The translations under genes were made by a program, and so were the position numbers. Of a stretch of DNA of 64,000 nt, positions 1 to 10,374 are shown piece by piece (position 1 is the first letter of the stretch; each line of letters begins with the position of its first letter). Source of the stretch: Gammaproteobacteria bacterium (lineage in GTDB: Bacteria > Pseudomonadota > Gammaproteobacteria > Eutrophobiales > Eutrophobiaceae); assembly GCA_965221695.1 (NCBI GenBank), contig OZ244905.1, positions 3,168,001 through 3,232,000 of the forward strand, read 5' to 3'. The notes under the pieces were generated by a model. It saw only the letters and a list, made by a program, of their open reading frames with translations, was not told where the DNA came from and searched no databases.

Positions 1-1103
<1,103 letters not shown>

Positions 1104-1107
<4 letters not shown>

Positions 1108-2063
1108 TTGTCGTCACCGGGGCGGCCGGGTTTATCGGTAGTAACCTGGTGCGTGGCCTGAACGCGTCCGGCCGTTCCGATATCATCGCCGTCGACGACC
1201 TCACCGACGGAACCCGGTTCCGCAACCTGGTCGAGTGCGAAATTCTGGATTACCAGGACAAGGATGAATTCATTGCATCCCTGCCGGCTGGGCTCGAGGG
1301 GGTTGAGGTCGTGTTCCACCAGGGCGCCTGCTCCGATACCCTGGAGCAGAACGGCAAGTACATGCTGGAAAACAACTATGCCTGGTCCCGGCGCCTGCTG
1401 CAGGCCTGCACCGATAACGGCGCCAGCTTGATCTATGCTTCCAGCGCCGCGGTGTACGGCGGTAACCGGCGATTCATCGAAAAACCCCAATATGAGCGCC
1501 CTGCCAACCTGTATGGCTACTCCAAGCTGCTGTTTGACCGCCATGCGCGCCGGGTCATGCAAAGCGCGTCATCACAGGTTGCCGGCCTGAGGTATTTCAA
1601 TGTTTACGGCCCCGGGGAATGGCACAAGGGAAGAATGGCCAGCATGGTCTTGCAGTTGCACCGGCAGTTGCAGAAAGACGGCGCCGCGAAACTGTTCAAG
1701 GGCAGCGGCGGTTATCAGGACGGAGAACAGCGTCGGGATTTCATCCATATCGACGACGTAGTAGCCGTTATCCTGTGGTTCATGCAACACCAGCAGGTGA
1801 GCGGTATTTTCAACGTCGGTACCGGTAAAAGCAGGAGTTTTAACGATATCGCTCGTCTGGTTATCGATTGGCATCGCGGCGGCAAGGTTCAGTACATGGA
1901 TTTCCCCGACGGTTTGGCGGATGCATACCAGAGTTTTACCGAGGCCGATATTTCTGCGTTGCGGCGAGCCGGATACCGCAGGTCTTTCACCGGGTTGGAA
2001 CCGGGCGTGAGAAAATACCTGGAGCAGATGGAAGCGCAGTCCGGGGACAAAATAACGCTATGA
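1104..2063 (+). CDS. hldD: ADP-L-glycero-D-manno-heptose-6-epimerase
   Basis: MIVVTGAAGFIGSN, HQGACSDT, YASSAAVYG, YGYSK, LRYFNVYGP; ATGA overlap with hldE. Confidence 0.95.
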
Positions 2064-2121
2064 GCAGGCAAACGGTATTGTCTTGCTCCGGGCAAACCGG
2101 CGCAATATCCCGGTCAGCCTG

Positions 2122-3414
2122 ATGAGGGTGTTATACAGCCTGGCGCTGTACCTGTGCGCGCCGTTGGCGCTGTTGCATCTGCTGTGGCGCGGGAGCAGGA
2201 ATCGCGCTTATCTCGAACGTATCCCCGAGCGTTTCGGTTGGATTCCGAAACCGACCGGCGCCGGACAGCCTGTGATCTGGGTGCACGCAGTGTCGGTGGG
2301 CGAGGTGCAGGCCGCTAGCCTGTTGGTGAAACGCGTGCTCGGCGCCTATCCCGGTTGCCGGGTCGTGTTGACGACCACCACGCCCACCGGCGCGGCGCGG
2401 GCCAGGGCCTTGTTCGCGGGAACGGTGGAGCGCCGTTACCTGCCTTATGATTTGCCTCATGCCGTGCGCCTGTTCCTGCGCCGAGTCAAGCCGCAGTTGC
2501 TGGTAATCATGGAAACGGAGATCTGGCCAAACCTGCTCTACTATTGCAAACAACGCGGCGTTCCCGCGTTGCTGGTCAATGCCAGGCTGTCTCCCGCGTC
2601 GTACCGGGCTTACCTGAGGTTGCGGCGTTTTTCCGCGGCGGCTGTGCAGATGCTGACCCATATTGCAGCCCGTAGCGCCGCGGATGCGGAACGCTTTCAG
2701 GCGCTGGGCGCAGACCCTGCCCGGGTTACGATCGCGGGCAACCTGAAGTTCGACATTGCGACAGAGGATAACCTTATCGATCGGGCGCTGCCGTTACGGC
2801 AAACGCGCGCGGCCGGCCGTCCAGTCTGGATCGCGGCCAGCACCCACGCGGGTGAGGAGGAGCAGGCGCTGGATGCGTTCGACCGGATCCGGCGCTGCAT
2901 TGACAACTGCCTCTTGATTATCGCGCCGCGCCATCCGGAGCGCTTTGACAAGGTGTATGAACTGTGCCGGCGGCGCGGCCTGCATACAACCCGGCACAGT
3001 GGCGCTAACGGCGCGGCGCCAAAGGCTGCGGATGTGTATCTGCTGGATACCCTGGGAGAGCTTCCCCTGTTCTATGCCTGTGCCGGCGTCGCGTTTGTCG
3101 GCGGCAGTCTGGCGCCCGCGGGCGGGCATAATGTGCTGGAGCCGGCCGCGCTAGGTGTGCCGCTGATCAGTGGGCAACACACCGCCAATTTTGCCGAAAT
3201 TATCGAGCTGTTCCGTGGTGAGGACGCGATCATGATTGTTGCGGATGCCGCGCAACTTGCCGCCGCGGTGATCAACTTGCTACAGGATGAAGACTTAAGA
3301 CGCGCCTACGGCCAACGCGGCCGGCGGCTGGTGCGGCGCTACCAGGGCGCAATCGATACTGTCCTGGAATTGCTGGATAAATATCTCCTTGATCATTCTG
3401 CGGGCAAACACTAA
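2122..3414 (+). CDS. waaA: 3-deoxy-D-manno-octulosonic acid (Kdo) transferase
   Basis: IWVHAVSVGE, ETEIWPN, GNLKFD, AASTHAGEE, APRHPERF, GGHNVLEPA. ATG at 2122 preferred over the TTG at 2083. Confidence 0.93.
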   Translation: MRVLYSLALYLCAPLALLHLLWRGSRNRAYLERIPERFGWIPKPTGAGQPVIWVHAVSVGEVQAASLLVKRVLGAYPGCRVVLTTTTPTGAARARALFAGTVERRYLPYDLPHAVRLFLRRVKPQLLVIMETEIWPNLLYYCKQRGVPALLVNARLSPASYRAYLRLRRFSAAAVQMLTHIAARSAADAERFQALGADPARVTIAGNLKFDIATEDNLIDRALPLRQTRAAGRPVWIAASTHAGEEEQALDAFDRIRRCIDNCLLIIAPRHPERFDKVYELCRRRGLHTTRHSGANGAAPKAADVYLLDTLGELPLFYACAGVAFVGGSLAPAGGHNVLEPAALGVPLISGQHTANFAEIIELFRGEDAIMIVADAAQLAAAVINLLQDEDLRRAYGQRGRRLVRRYQGAIDTVLELLDKYLLDHSAGKH

Positions 3415-3420
3415 TCTGTA

Positions 3421-3504
3421 TAGGAACTATTGGTTAAGCCAGAGCTTACGGTGATACAGGGATGCGTGCTCTGACAAGTCCTGGATGGTCTTGTTCAGAT
3501 ATTC
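3421..3504. repeat. Degenerate, internally deleted copy of the family A hairpin element
   Basis: Matches both ends of the 58748-58906 copy (aggaac..ttaag.cagag...gatacaggg and gcgtgctctgacaagtcc..gatgg.cttgttcaga). Confidence 0.65.
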
Positions 3505-3534
3505 ATATGAATTCATTCAAGACCGGGAGGTTTT

Positions 3535-5850
3535 ATGAACAAACTACGACTGAATAAATACACGATTACCCGCGTGCTCCTGCCGGCCCTGGCAGGTCTG
3601 CTGATATGCTCCGGTAGCGCCCGGGCGCAGATGCTCGAAGAGATCGTGGTCACCGCGCAGAAGCGTTCCGAAGACCTGCAGGACACACCGGTTGCCGTCA
3701 CCGCGTTCACCGGCGAACAACTGCAGCAGGTGGGCGTCGTCGATTCCATCGGGCTGAGTAATGTGGTGCCCAACGTGACTATCGGAACCGAGGATGCCAG
3801 GGACGCAATATTTATCAACATACGCGGCATATCCCAGTCCGAACGCAGGAACGCCTCGGATTCGACCACTGCGTTCTACATGGACGGCGCGCTGGTGCCG
3901 CGCATGTCCGGCATCAACGCCTACTTCTATGATGTTGAGCGTATTGAAGTGCTGCGCGGTCCGCAGGGTACGCTGTACGGGCGCAACAGTACCTCGGGTG
4001 TGGTCAACGTGATCACAAAAAAACCCGACCTGGAAGCGATCGGAGGCGACCTCCAGGTAGGTTATGGCAATTATGATGCGGTTGACGTAAAGGGCGCGCT
4101 GAATGTGCCGTTTTCTGACAGTATCGGCGCCCGCGTGGCGTTCACCTATAATGAACGGGACGGTTACCGGGATAACGGACCGCTGGTTGCCGATGGAGAC
4201 GACTTAGATGATATCGGCGTGCGCGGTCACCTGCTGTGGGATATCGGCGAGTCTACCTCGTTGCTGCTCTCCGCGGATTACTATGAACACCAGGGTGTTG
4301 GCCCGGTAGGGGCACAGGTGGAATGTCCCGACAGCGGCTGTAACATCCCGCTCGCCCCCGATCCTGCCCGCGCCAACCCGCTCAATACGGAAGGCTACCG
4401 CGATAATACGGATACCAATTTCAAGCTCCAACTGGACCACTCATTCCCGTTTGCCGACCTGACCTTCATCGGTTCCTACCGGGATCATGAACGGGATTAC
4501 CTGATGGACACAGACGGCACCGGCGCTTCGGTATTTCTGCCGCCGGCAGGCAGGCTGGTCGCGATCGACACCACTGTCGTGGAGCAGACGGAGTCAGAAT
4601 CTTTCTCAGCCGAGCTGCGGCTGAATTCCAACTCGGACAGCCGCCTGCAATGGATCCTGGGTGGCTTTTACCTGGATGAAGATATCGCCGGTGATTTTCG
4701 TTATCAACCGGTGTTGCCGAACGGTTTGCACCTGAACGTGCAGTTTGTCGACAAGGGTTTCAACGTGGAGTCGTGGGCCGTTTTTGCCAATGCTTCCGTG
4801 GATGTCACCGATCGCTTCACCCTGAACGGCGGTGTGCGTTATACGGAGGATGAGAAGGACAAAGGCGGCGTTAACGACCCCGCCAATCCCACCGCCGGCA
4901 GTTATATGTTAGTCAGTATCCGCGAATTCGGCGCGCCGGTGGCGCCGTTTTTTCCGCGCGCCCAGGTGGCGAATCCCTCCTGGAACGAGGTTACCTGGTC
5001 GTTCGGTTTTGACTGGCATCTGAATGACGACATGCTTGCCTATGTCAAGTACAGCAAGGGGTTCAAGTCGGGCGGTTTCAGCCGCGGCAGCGTGGATCCG
5101 TTGAACCCGAGTGGCGCCCCGAACGTGGCAAACCTGACCGTCTACAACCCGGAACAGGTGCTTGCCAGTGAAGTCGGCCTCAAGAGCACTTTCATGGATG
5201 GCCGCGCCCGGGCGAACCTGAGCGCGTTCTGGTATGACTATTCCGACAAGGAAGAGGCAGTTGTGCGTGTGATCGGCGGTATTCCGACCAATACCGTGAT
5301 CAATGCGGGACAGGCGACCATTTACGGGGCGGAACTGGAGGCGACATTATTGTATGGCGCACACGGCGGGCGCATCGACCTTAACCTCGGCTGGCTGGAC
5401 GCGCAATTCGATGAATTCATCGGCCTCGATGATCCGCTGACGCCCGGCCAGGACAACCTGGATCTCGGCGGCAGCGACTTGGTGAATGCGCCGGACTGGA
5501 ATATCAGCGCCACCTGGGTACCTGCCGAATTGGAAATGCTGAACGGGCGCCTGTATCCTCTGGTCCAGTTTTCATTCAAGTCCAGTTACATTACCCGGCC
5601 CCACAACCAGTCTGTCGACCGGCAGGATTCCTATACCCGCACCAATGCGAGCCTGCACTGGGAATCCGTTAACACAGGCCTGTACCTGGAAGGTTTCGTG
5701 CACAACATCGAGAATAAAGACATCCAGACCTCTTCGTTTTGCCAGCAACAGGTCAACGGCGTCGCGGGAACACCCTTCCCCGGGTTGGGCTGTACTCATA
5801 TGTACCAGCCCCCGCGCACCTACGGGGTGCGGCTGGGATACAGGTTCTGA
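3535..5850 (+). CDS. TonB-dependent outer membrane receptor
   Basis: Signal peptide, TonB box-like EEIVVTAQKR, plug motif ERIEVLRGPQGTLYGRN, C-terminal PRTYGVRLGYRF. Confidence 0.93.
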   Translation: MNKLRLNKYTITRVLLPALAGLLICSGSARAQMLEEIVVTAQKRSEDLQDTPVAVTAFTGEQLQQVGVVDSIGLSNVVPNVTIGTEDARDAIFINIRGISQSERRNASDSTTAFYMDGALVPRMSGINAYFYDVERIEVLRGPQGTLYGRNSTSGVVNVITKKPDLEAIGGDLQVGYGNYDAVDVKGALNVPFSDSIGARVAFTYNERDGYRDNGPLVADGDDLDDIGVRGHLLWDIGESTSLLLSADYYEHQGVGPVGAQVECPDSGCNIPLAPDPARANPLNTEGYRDNTDTNFKLQLDHSFPFADLTFIGSYRDHERDYLMDTDGTGASVFLPPAGRLVAIDTTVVEQTESESFSAELRLNSNSDSRLQWILGGFYLDEDIAGDFRYQPVLPNGLHLNVQFVDKGFNVESWAVFANASVDVTDRFTLNGGVRYTEDEKDKGGVNDPANPTAGSYMLVSIREFGAPVAPFFPRAQVANPSWNEVTWSFGFDWHLNDDMLAYVKYSKGFKSGGFSRGSVDPLNPSGAPNVANLTVYNPEQVLASEVGLKSTFMDGRARANLSAFWYDYSDKEEAVVRVIGGIPTNTVINAGQATIYGAELEATLLYGAHGGRIDLNLGWLDAQFDEFIGLDDPLTPGQDNLDLGGSDLVNAPDWNISATWVPAELEMLNGRLYPLVQFSFKSSYITRPHNQSVDRQDSYTRTNASLHWESVNTGLYLEGFVHNIENKDIQTSSFCQQQVNGVAGTPFPGLGCTHMYQPPRTYGVRLGYRF

Positions 5851-6002
5851 ATCCAGTGGGGTTACGCGATGGTCTGCCACGGAGATATCGCTGATCCGGG
5901 AGATGATGCCTGTCAGCGTATCAATGCCTGCGGCATTGATTTTGCCAGAACGTGCCTGTATCGTAGCAGTTTCAGAGACATTAACCAGAGGTTGCTTAGC
6001 TC

Positions 6003-6386
6003 ATGTTGAAACCCATAATAATAATTCTGGCCCTGGCGGCGCCGTCCTTCGCGGCAGCCGCCGGATTTCCTACAGTTGAAACGGTGAGGCAAGTCGTCAG
6101 TTGCATGGCTGAGCTTGGTGGCCAGACTGATGAGAACCTATTGACTTGCGGGTGCCGGCAGGACGAGATTGAAGCCGGGATGAGTTTTGAGGTTTTCGAG
6201 CAGGCCAGTCTGCAGGAACGTTATAACCGCATGCCGGGCAAACGCGGCGGCCTGTTCCGTGATGATAAAATAAGCAGGGAACAACTCAAGCAGTTAAAAG
6301 ACGTCAGGAAGAAGGCCTTTGCCGCATGTCCCGCAGTCAAGAAGGTGATGCGGGCTGATGAGATGAATAAAGGAACCTCTGAATAA
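6003..6386 (+). CDS. Exported Cys-containing hypothetical protein of a type I recall beside PQQ dehydrogenase loci
   Basis: Signal peptide; FPT...SCM...TCGC pattern; adjacent to the SoxYZ-like gene. The last codons and stop come from a family A repeat. Confidence 0.7.
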   Translation: MLKPIIIILALAAPSFAAAAGFPTVETVRQVVSCMAELGGQTDENLLTCGCRQDEIEAGMSFEVFEQASLQERYNRMPGKRGGLFRDDKISREQLKQLKDVRKKAFAACPAVKKVMRADEMNKGTSE

Positions 6387-6401
6387 GTCCTCAGAGGTCC
6401 C
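6370..6401. repeat. Minimal family A palindrome (GGAACCTCTGA-n-TCAGAGGTCC)
   Basis: aggaacctctgaataagtcctcagaggtccc; overlaps the stop codon of 6003..6386. Confidence 0.75.
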
Positions 6402-6416
6402 AAAAGCAATTCCGGA

Positions 6417-7283
6417 TCAGTTTACCGCAAAATCTGAAGACCAGGCCGCGTTCTTGGTGTCCGTCGCCTCAACAGTCAATATCCCCTTGTCTTTCGGCAC
6501 GAAGAAGAAACGCAGGCTGGGGTCCATACTGATCGCAAAGGTCAGGATTGCCTTCATTACCGGCGCGCCGTTGTAATTCACATTCAGCGTATTGACGAAG
6601 TGCGCGGGAGGATGGAAGTGGGAACCTATCTTCATCGGCTGCAGGCCGGTGATGTTCGGGTGTTTGATCTTCAGTTGCATCAGGTTCGGTTTGCTGTATT
6701 CGACATCGCCGATCATCTTCATCTTCATCATGCCCATGTTGGCAATGGAATCGCCGATGCTCTTGGGCGGCGGCGCGGAGCAGGCGCCTGTTGCCCGGGA
6801 GAAACTCTTGGCCATGTACAGTTCACCGGTATTCAACTCGGCAATGGCGCGCACATAGGTATGATCGTTGATGCGCACACGCATCGCCAGGTCGGCCTTG
6901 CCGCTGGCCGGGGTAAAATCGAAGATCCCTACCAGCGGGACCGGGTTCTTGTCGATGAAAACATGCATGCGCTTGACATACAACTCATCGGTCTGCGGAA
7001 TCCTGGTGTGGATGGTGACCGGGGCGAGCGCCGCATCCTGAGCACGGTATGGCGCCTTGACCTCCAGGATATTCTGCTCGGCGTCTTCGATGATTTCCCG
7101 GTCCTGGAATGTTGGATGGCGCAGGTTCTCCTCCCATGCCTGGTCCGATAACTTTTGTCGCCAGTCATGGGGCATCACGTCCGCAAACAGCGCCGGCGCG
7201 CAAATGAATAATACGGCAACGGATAAAAACGTTTTCATGGTTGTGTTCAACATACGTTCCTCTTTCATTGACGTGGGTAACAT
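6417..7283 (-). CDS. Quinoprotein dehydrogenase-associated fused SoxYZ-like carrier protein
   Basis: APYRAQDAALAPV, FIDKNPVP, RATGACSAPP (SoxY GGC-like arm), SoxZ-like IKHPNITGLQ and ISMDPSLRF. Divergent from xoxF; start may be 7253 or 7238. Confidence 0.85.
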   Translation of the reverse strand: MLPTSMKEERMLNTTMKTFLSVAVLFICAPALFADVMPHDWRQKLSDQAWEENLRHPTFQDREIIEDAEQNILEVKAPYRAQDAALAPVTIHTRIPQTDELYVKRMHVFIDKNPVPLVGIFDFTPASGKADLAMRVRINDHTYVRAIAELNTGELYMAKSFSRATGACSAPPPKSIGDSIANMGMMKMKMIGDVEYSKPNLMQLKIKHPNITGLQPMKIGSHFHPPAHFVNTLNVNYNGAPVMKAILTFAISMDPSLRFFFVPKDKGILTVEATDTKNAAWSSDFAVN

Positions 7284-7674
7284 TGTTCCTGTTCCCGAAA
7301 ATTACACAGCAAAATACGTTTAAACGGACTAACCGCTAAAGTATACTATATCGACAATAGTAATTCCAAATTCCAGAGATTCAGGCGAATTTCAGTGAAA
7401 TATGCTTGACAAGCTCTTAGAATAAGGTGGAATATATGGCTTTAGAGGAAAAGTGCTTGCATAGCACATGAAATTTTCCTAGACTTGATTGTATTGTGAT
7501 GATATTTTCTGTAATATTCACACTAGATAATAAACGTACACAAGATTTAAGTTGAACGCGGGCATATCGCCCCGATAATTTAACTCTCGGCTATCTTTCA
7601 TGATCTCGAGATAGCGGGGAGGTCAATAAAAATCGAGATCAAACATTTGTTAATTAACAAAAGAGGAGGAGGTC

Positions 7675-9678
7675 ATGAGTAAATTTTCCTTCAGTAAATG
7701 GATAATTGTCCCTCTTGCCCTGTTCATGTCTTTGTCAGCTTTCGCCAATGACGGCGTCAGAGAGTTGATGAAAGACCCGAACTACTGGGTATATCCGGGA
7801 GGCAATTATTGGAACTGGCGTTATTCTGAACTTGATCAGATTAACAACAATAACGCCGGTGATTTGGTGGCTGCGTGGACGTTCTCGACAGGACGCCTGC
7901 AAGGCCATGAGGGAGGTCCGTTGGTCCTGCCGCCCAGTGAGACGGGTCTGGCAACCGATCATCTGTATATTCACGCGTCATTCCCGAATGATGTGTTCGC
8001 GATCGATCTTGAGACCCTCGAGATCACCTGGGACTTCGTGCCCCCGCAGGACGCTGATGCAACCGTTCCCAAGATGTGTTGCGATATCGTGAACCGCGGT
8101 CTTGGCTACAGCATGGGCCAGATTTACCTGCAAGCAGCCGACACCACTTTGTATGCCTTGAACCCGATGGACGGCAGCATTATCTGGCAGACAAAGAACG
8201 GCGCCGACATCTCTGACGACCTGGTTGGTCCCAGCGCTGACGGCAGAGGCTATGGTCCGCATAACGGCATGACCAACACCAATGCCCCGCACCCGATCAA
8301 GGACAAAGTCTTTACCGGCTGCTCCGGCGCCGAGTTTGGTGTGCGTTGCTGGATCGCGGCTTTCAATGCCAGCGATGGCAGCCTGGCATGGCGTGCGTTC
8401 AGCATGGGTCCGGATGAAGACATCCTGTTTGACGAAAACACCACGTCCATGGGGCAACCGGTTGGCGCCGATTCTTCCCTGAAGACCTGGTGTGCGTTCG
8501 ATGCCGAAGTTGGCACCGGTCATAGCACCTGGGGTAAAGAAGCCCTGCGCGCTAATTCCGCTGAAGAGCGTCTCTGCAAAGAGACTTCCGACCAGTGGAG
8601 GATCGGCGGCGGTTCCGTATGGGGCTGGTGGCCTGCCGATTTCGATGAGAACCTGATGTACTACGGCAACGGCAATCCCGGCACCTGGAACCCGGTCGTA
8701 CGTCCCGGCGACAACAAGTGGTCCATGACCATCTTCGCCCGCGACATCGACACCGGTGTGGCACGCTGGGTTTACCAGATGACGCCCCATGATGAGTGGG
8801 ACTACGACGGCGTTAACGAGATGATCCTGGCTGACATGACTGTAAAAGGCGAGGAGAACGTGCCGTCCCTGGTTCACTTTGATCGGAACGGTTTTGCTTA
8901 CACCATGAACCGTAAGACCGGCGACCTGCTGGTAGCTGAGAAGTATGACCCGGCCGTTAACTGGGCAACTCATGTTGACATGAAGACGGGTTATCCCCAG
9001 GTCGTTAATGAGTTCAGCACTCACTTCAACGGCCAGGACGTTACCTCCAAGGACGTCTGCCCTGCAGCATTGGGCACCAAGGACCAGCAACCTGCAGCCT
9101 ACTCCCCGCGTACCGGACTGTTCTATGTGCCTACAAACCATGTTTGTATGACCTATGAGCCTGTCAGCTACGACGCAGGCGGTGTGACCTACGAACAGGC
9201 AGCCGGCAGTTGGTATGTGAATGCCAACCTGACGATGTATCCGGCAGGCCAGGTACTGGGTAACGGCACGACCAACATGGGCAATTTCATTGCCTGGGAT
9301 GCCGGCGAAGGCAAGATCGCATGGTCTATTCCCGAGCGTTGGTCGGTCTGGAGCGGCGTATTGACAACCGCCGGTGACGTAGCTTTCTATGGTACGCTTG
9401 AAGGCTATGCAAAAGCGGTTGATGCCAACAGTGGCAAACTGTTGTGGCAGTTCAAGACCCCGTCAGGCATTATCGGCAACTTCCATAGCTGGGCCCACAA
9501 GGGCAAGCAGTACGTTGGTGTGCTTTCCGGAATCGGTGGATGGGCCGGCGCTGTTGTGGCCATCCCGGTTCTGCGTGACATGTCCGGCGATGCGGCCCTC
9601 GGCGCAGTTGGCGGCTATCGCGCCCTGTGGAACTCCACACGTAACAGTGGCGTGTTGATGGTGTTCAGCCTGCCGTAG
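7675..9678 (+). CDS. xoxF: Lanthanide-dependent PQQ methanol dehydrogenase (XoxF type)
   Basis: Signal peptide, vicinal CC (MCCDIVNRG), metal Glu (GAEFGVR), Asn (GNPGTWNP), and HDEWDYDG with the extra Ln-binding Asp (DYD at 8800-8808). Strong RBS GAGGAGG. Confidence 0.92.
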   Translation: MSKFSFSKWIIVPLALFMSLSAFANDGVRELMKDPNYWVYPGGNYWNWRYSELDQINNNNAGDLVAAWTFSTGRLQGHEGGPLVLPPSETGLATDHLYIHASFPNDVFAIDLETLEITWDFVPPQDADATVPKMCCDIVNRGLGYSMGQIYLQAADTTLYALNPMDGSIIWQTKNGADISDDLVGPSADGRGYGPHNGMTNTNAPHPIKDKVFTGCSGAEFGVRCWIAAFNASDGSLAWRAFSMGPDEDILFDENTTSMGQPVGADSSLKTWCAFDAEVGTGHSTWGKEALRANSAEERLCKETSDQWRIGGGSVWGWWPADFDENLMYYGNGNPGTWNPVVRPGDNKWSMTIFARDIDTGVARWVYQMTPHDEWDYDGVNEMILADMTVKGEENVPSLVHFDRNGFAYTMNRKTGDLLVAEKYDPAVNWATHVDMKTGYPQVVNEFSTHFNGQDVTSKDVCPAALGTKDQQPAAYSPRTGLFYVPTNHVCMTYEPVSYDAGGVTYEQAAGSWYVNANLTMYPAGQVLGNGTTNMGNFIAWDAGEGKIAWSIPERWSVWSGVLTTAGDVAFYGTLEGYAKAVDANSGKLLWQFKTPSGIIGNFHSWAHKGKQYVGVLSGIGGWAGAVVAIPVLRDMSGDAALGAVGGYRALWNSTRNSGVLMVFSLP

Positions 9679-9709
9679 ACCGAACAAACTTTTCAAAGTT
9701 TGTGACGAT

Positions 9710-9743
9710 ATCCCCGGTATCATTGGTACCGGGGATTTTTTTT
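9710..9743 (+). terminator. Intrinsic terminator after xoxF
   Basis: ATCCCCGGTA-tcattgg-TACCGGGGAT followed by a T-run. Confidence 0.85.
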
Positions 9744-9840
9744 GAACTTATTGAATGCAAGGCCGGTCATATACTGAAATCTGTGGTGACCGGTTATAGT
9801 TGAAAGTCATTGATTTTGACGGCATATCCCTGTACCGTTG

Positions 9841-9870
9841 CAACCTCTGATTTAATCTGAGGTTCCTTAA
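9841..9870. repeat. Family A terminal palindrome upstream of the cupredoxin gene
   Basis: caacctctgatttaatctgaggttccttaa, preceded by the atccctgta segment of the element. Confidence 0.7.
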
Positions 9871-9901
9871 TAATAATTCAAGATTTAAGAGGATTTGGAA
9901 T

Positions 9902-10369
9902 ATGTATTTGAGAAGTCTTTTTGTTGGTTTATTCCTGCTGGGTTCCATACAGGTATCCGCCCAGCAGATTCATGTGATTAACGCAGAAGCGCGTATCTTC
10001 AACCCGGATGTCATTTATGTACAACCCGGGGATAACGTGAGATTTGTCAACATGACATCCCATGACGCGGTATCGATTAATCAGGTCCCGCTTCCCGACG
10101 GCCAGGTGTTCGAGGGAATGCTACCTGAAGGCACCGAGGGCTGGAAGAGTAGAATGGGTGACGATTTTACGTTGCAACTGGACGTAGAGGGTGTGTATCC
10201 CTATGTGTGCATTCCCCATATCGGCTTCGGAATGGTGGGTGTCATTGTAGTAGGCGAGCCGGTTAACATAGACGCCGCGATGGACGCTGCGAGAGCCAAC
10301 CTTAAGGGTCCCTACCGCCGGCTTATCGGCAAGATCCTCAAGGTGCAACGAGCGGCGAAAAAAGGGTAA
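9902..10369 (+). CDS. Periplasmic type-1 blue copper protein (pseudoazurin/plastocyanin family)
   Basis: Signal peptide; FNPDVIYVQPGDNVRF, upstream His (TSHDAVS), C-x2-H-x4-M loop (YVCIPHIGFGM), pseudoazurin-like C-terminal helices. No CxxCH. Confidence 0.9.
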   Translation: MYLRSLFVGLFLLGSIQVSAQQIHVINAEARIFNPDVIYVQPGDNVRFVNMTSHDAVSINQVPLPDGQVFEGMLPEGTEGWKSRMGDDFTLQLDVEGVYPYVCIPHIGFGMVGVIVVGEPVNIDAAMDAARANLKGPYRRLIGKILKVQRAAKKG

Positions 10370-10374
10370 TAACA

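Noticed and set aside
7495-7522. CRP/FNR site upstream of xoxF (TGTGA...TCACA)
   Set aside because: Half-sites are separated by about 18 nt rather than 6; treated as a possible hairpin instead.
7978-9141. 387-aa antisense ORF inside xoxF
   Set aside because: Shadow ORF expected from codon bias of a highly expressed gene; no motifs.
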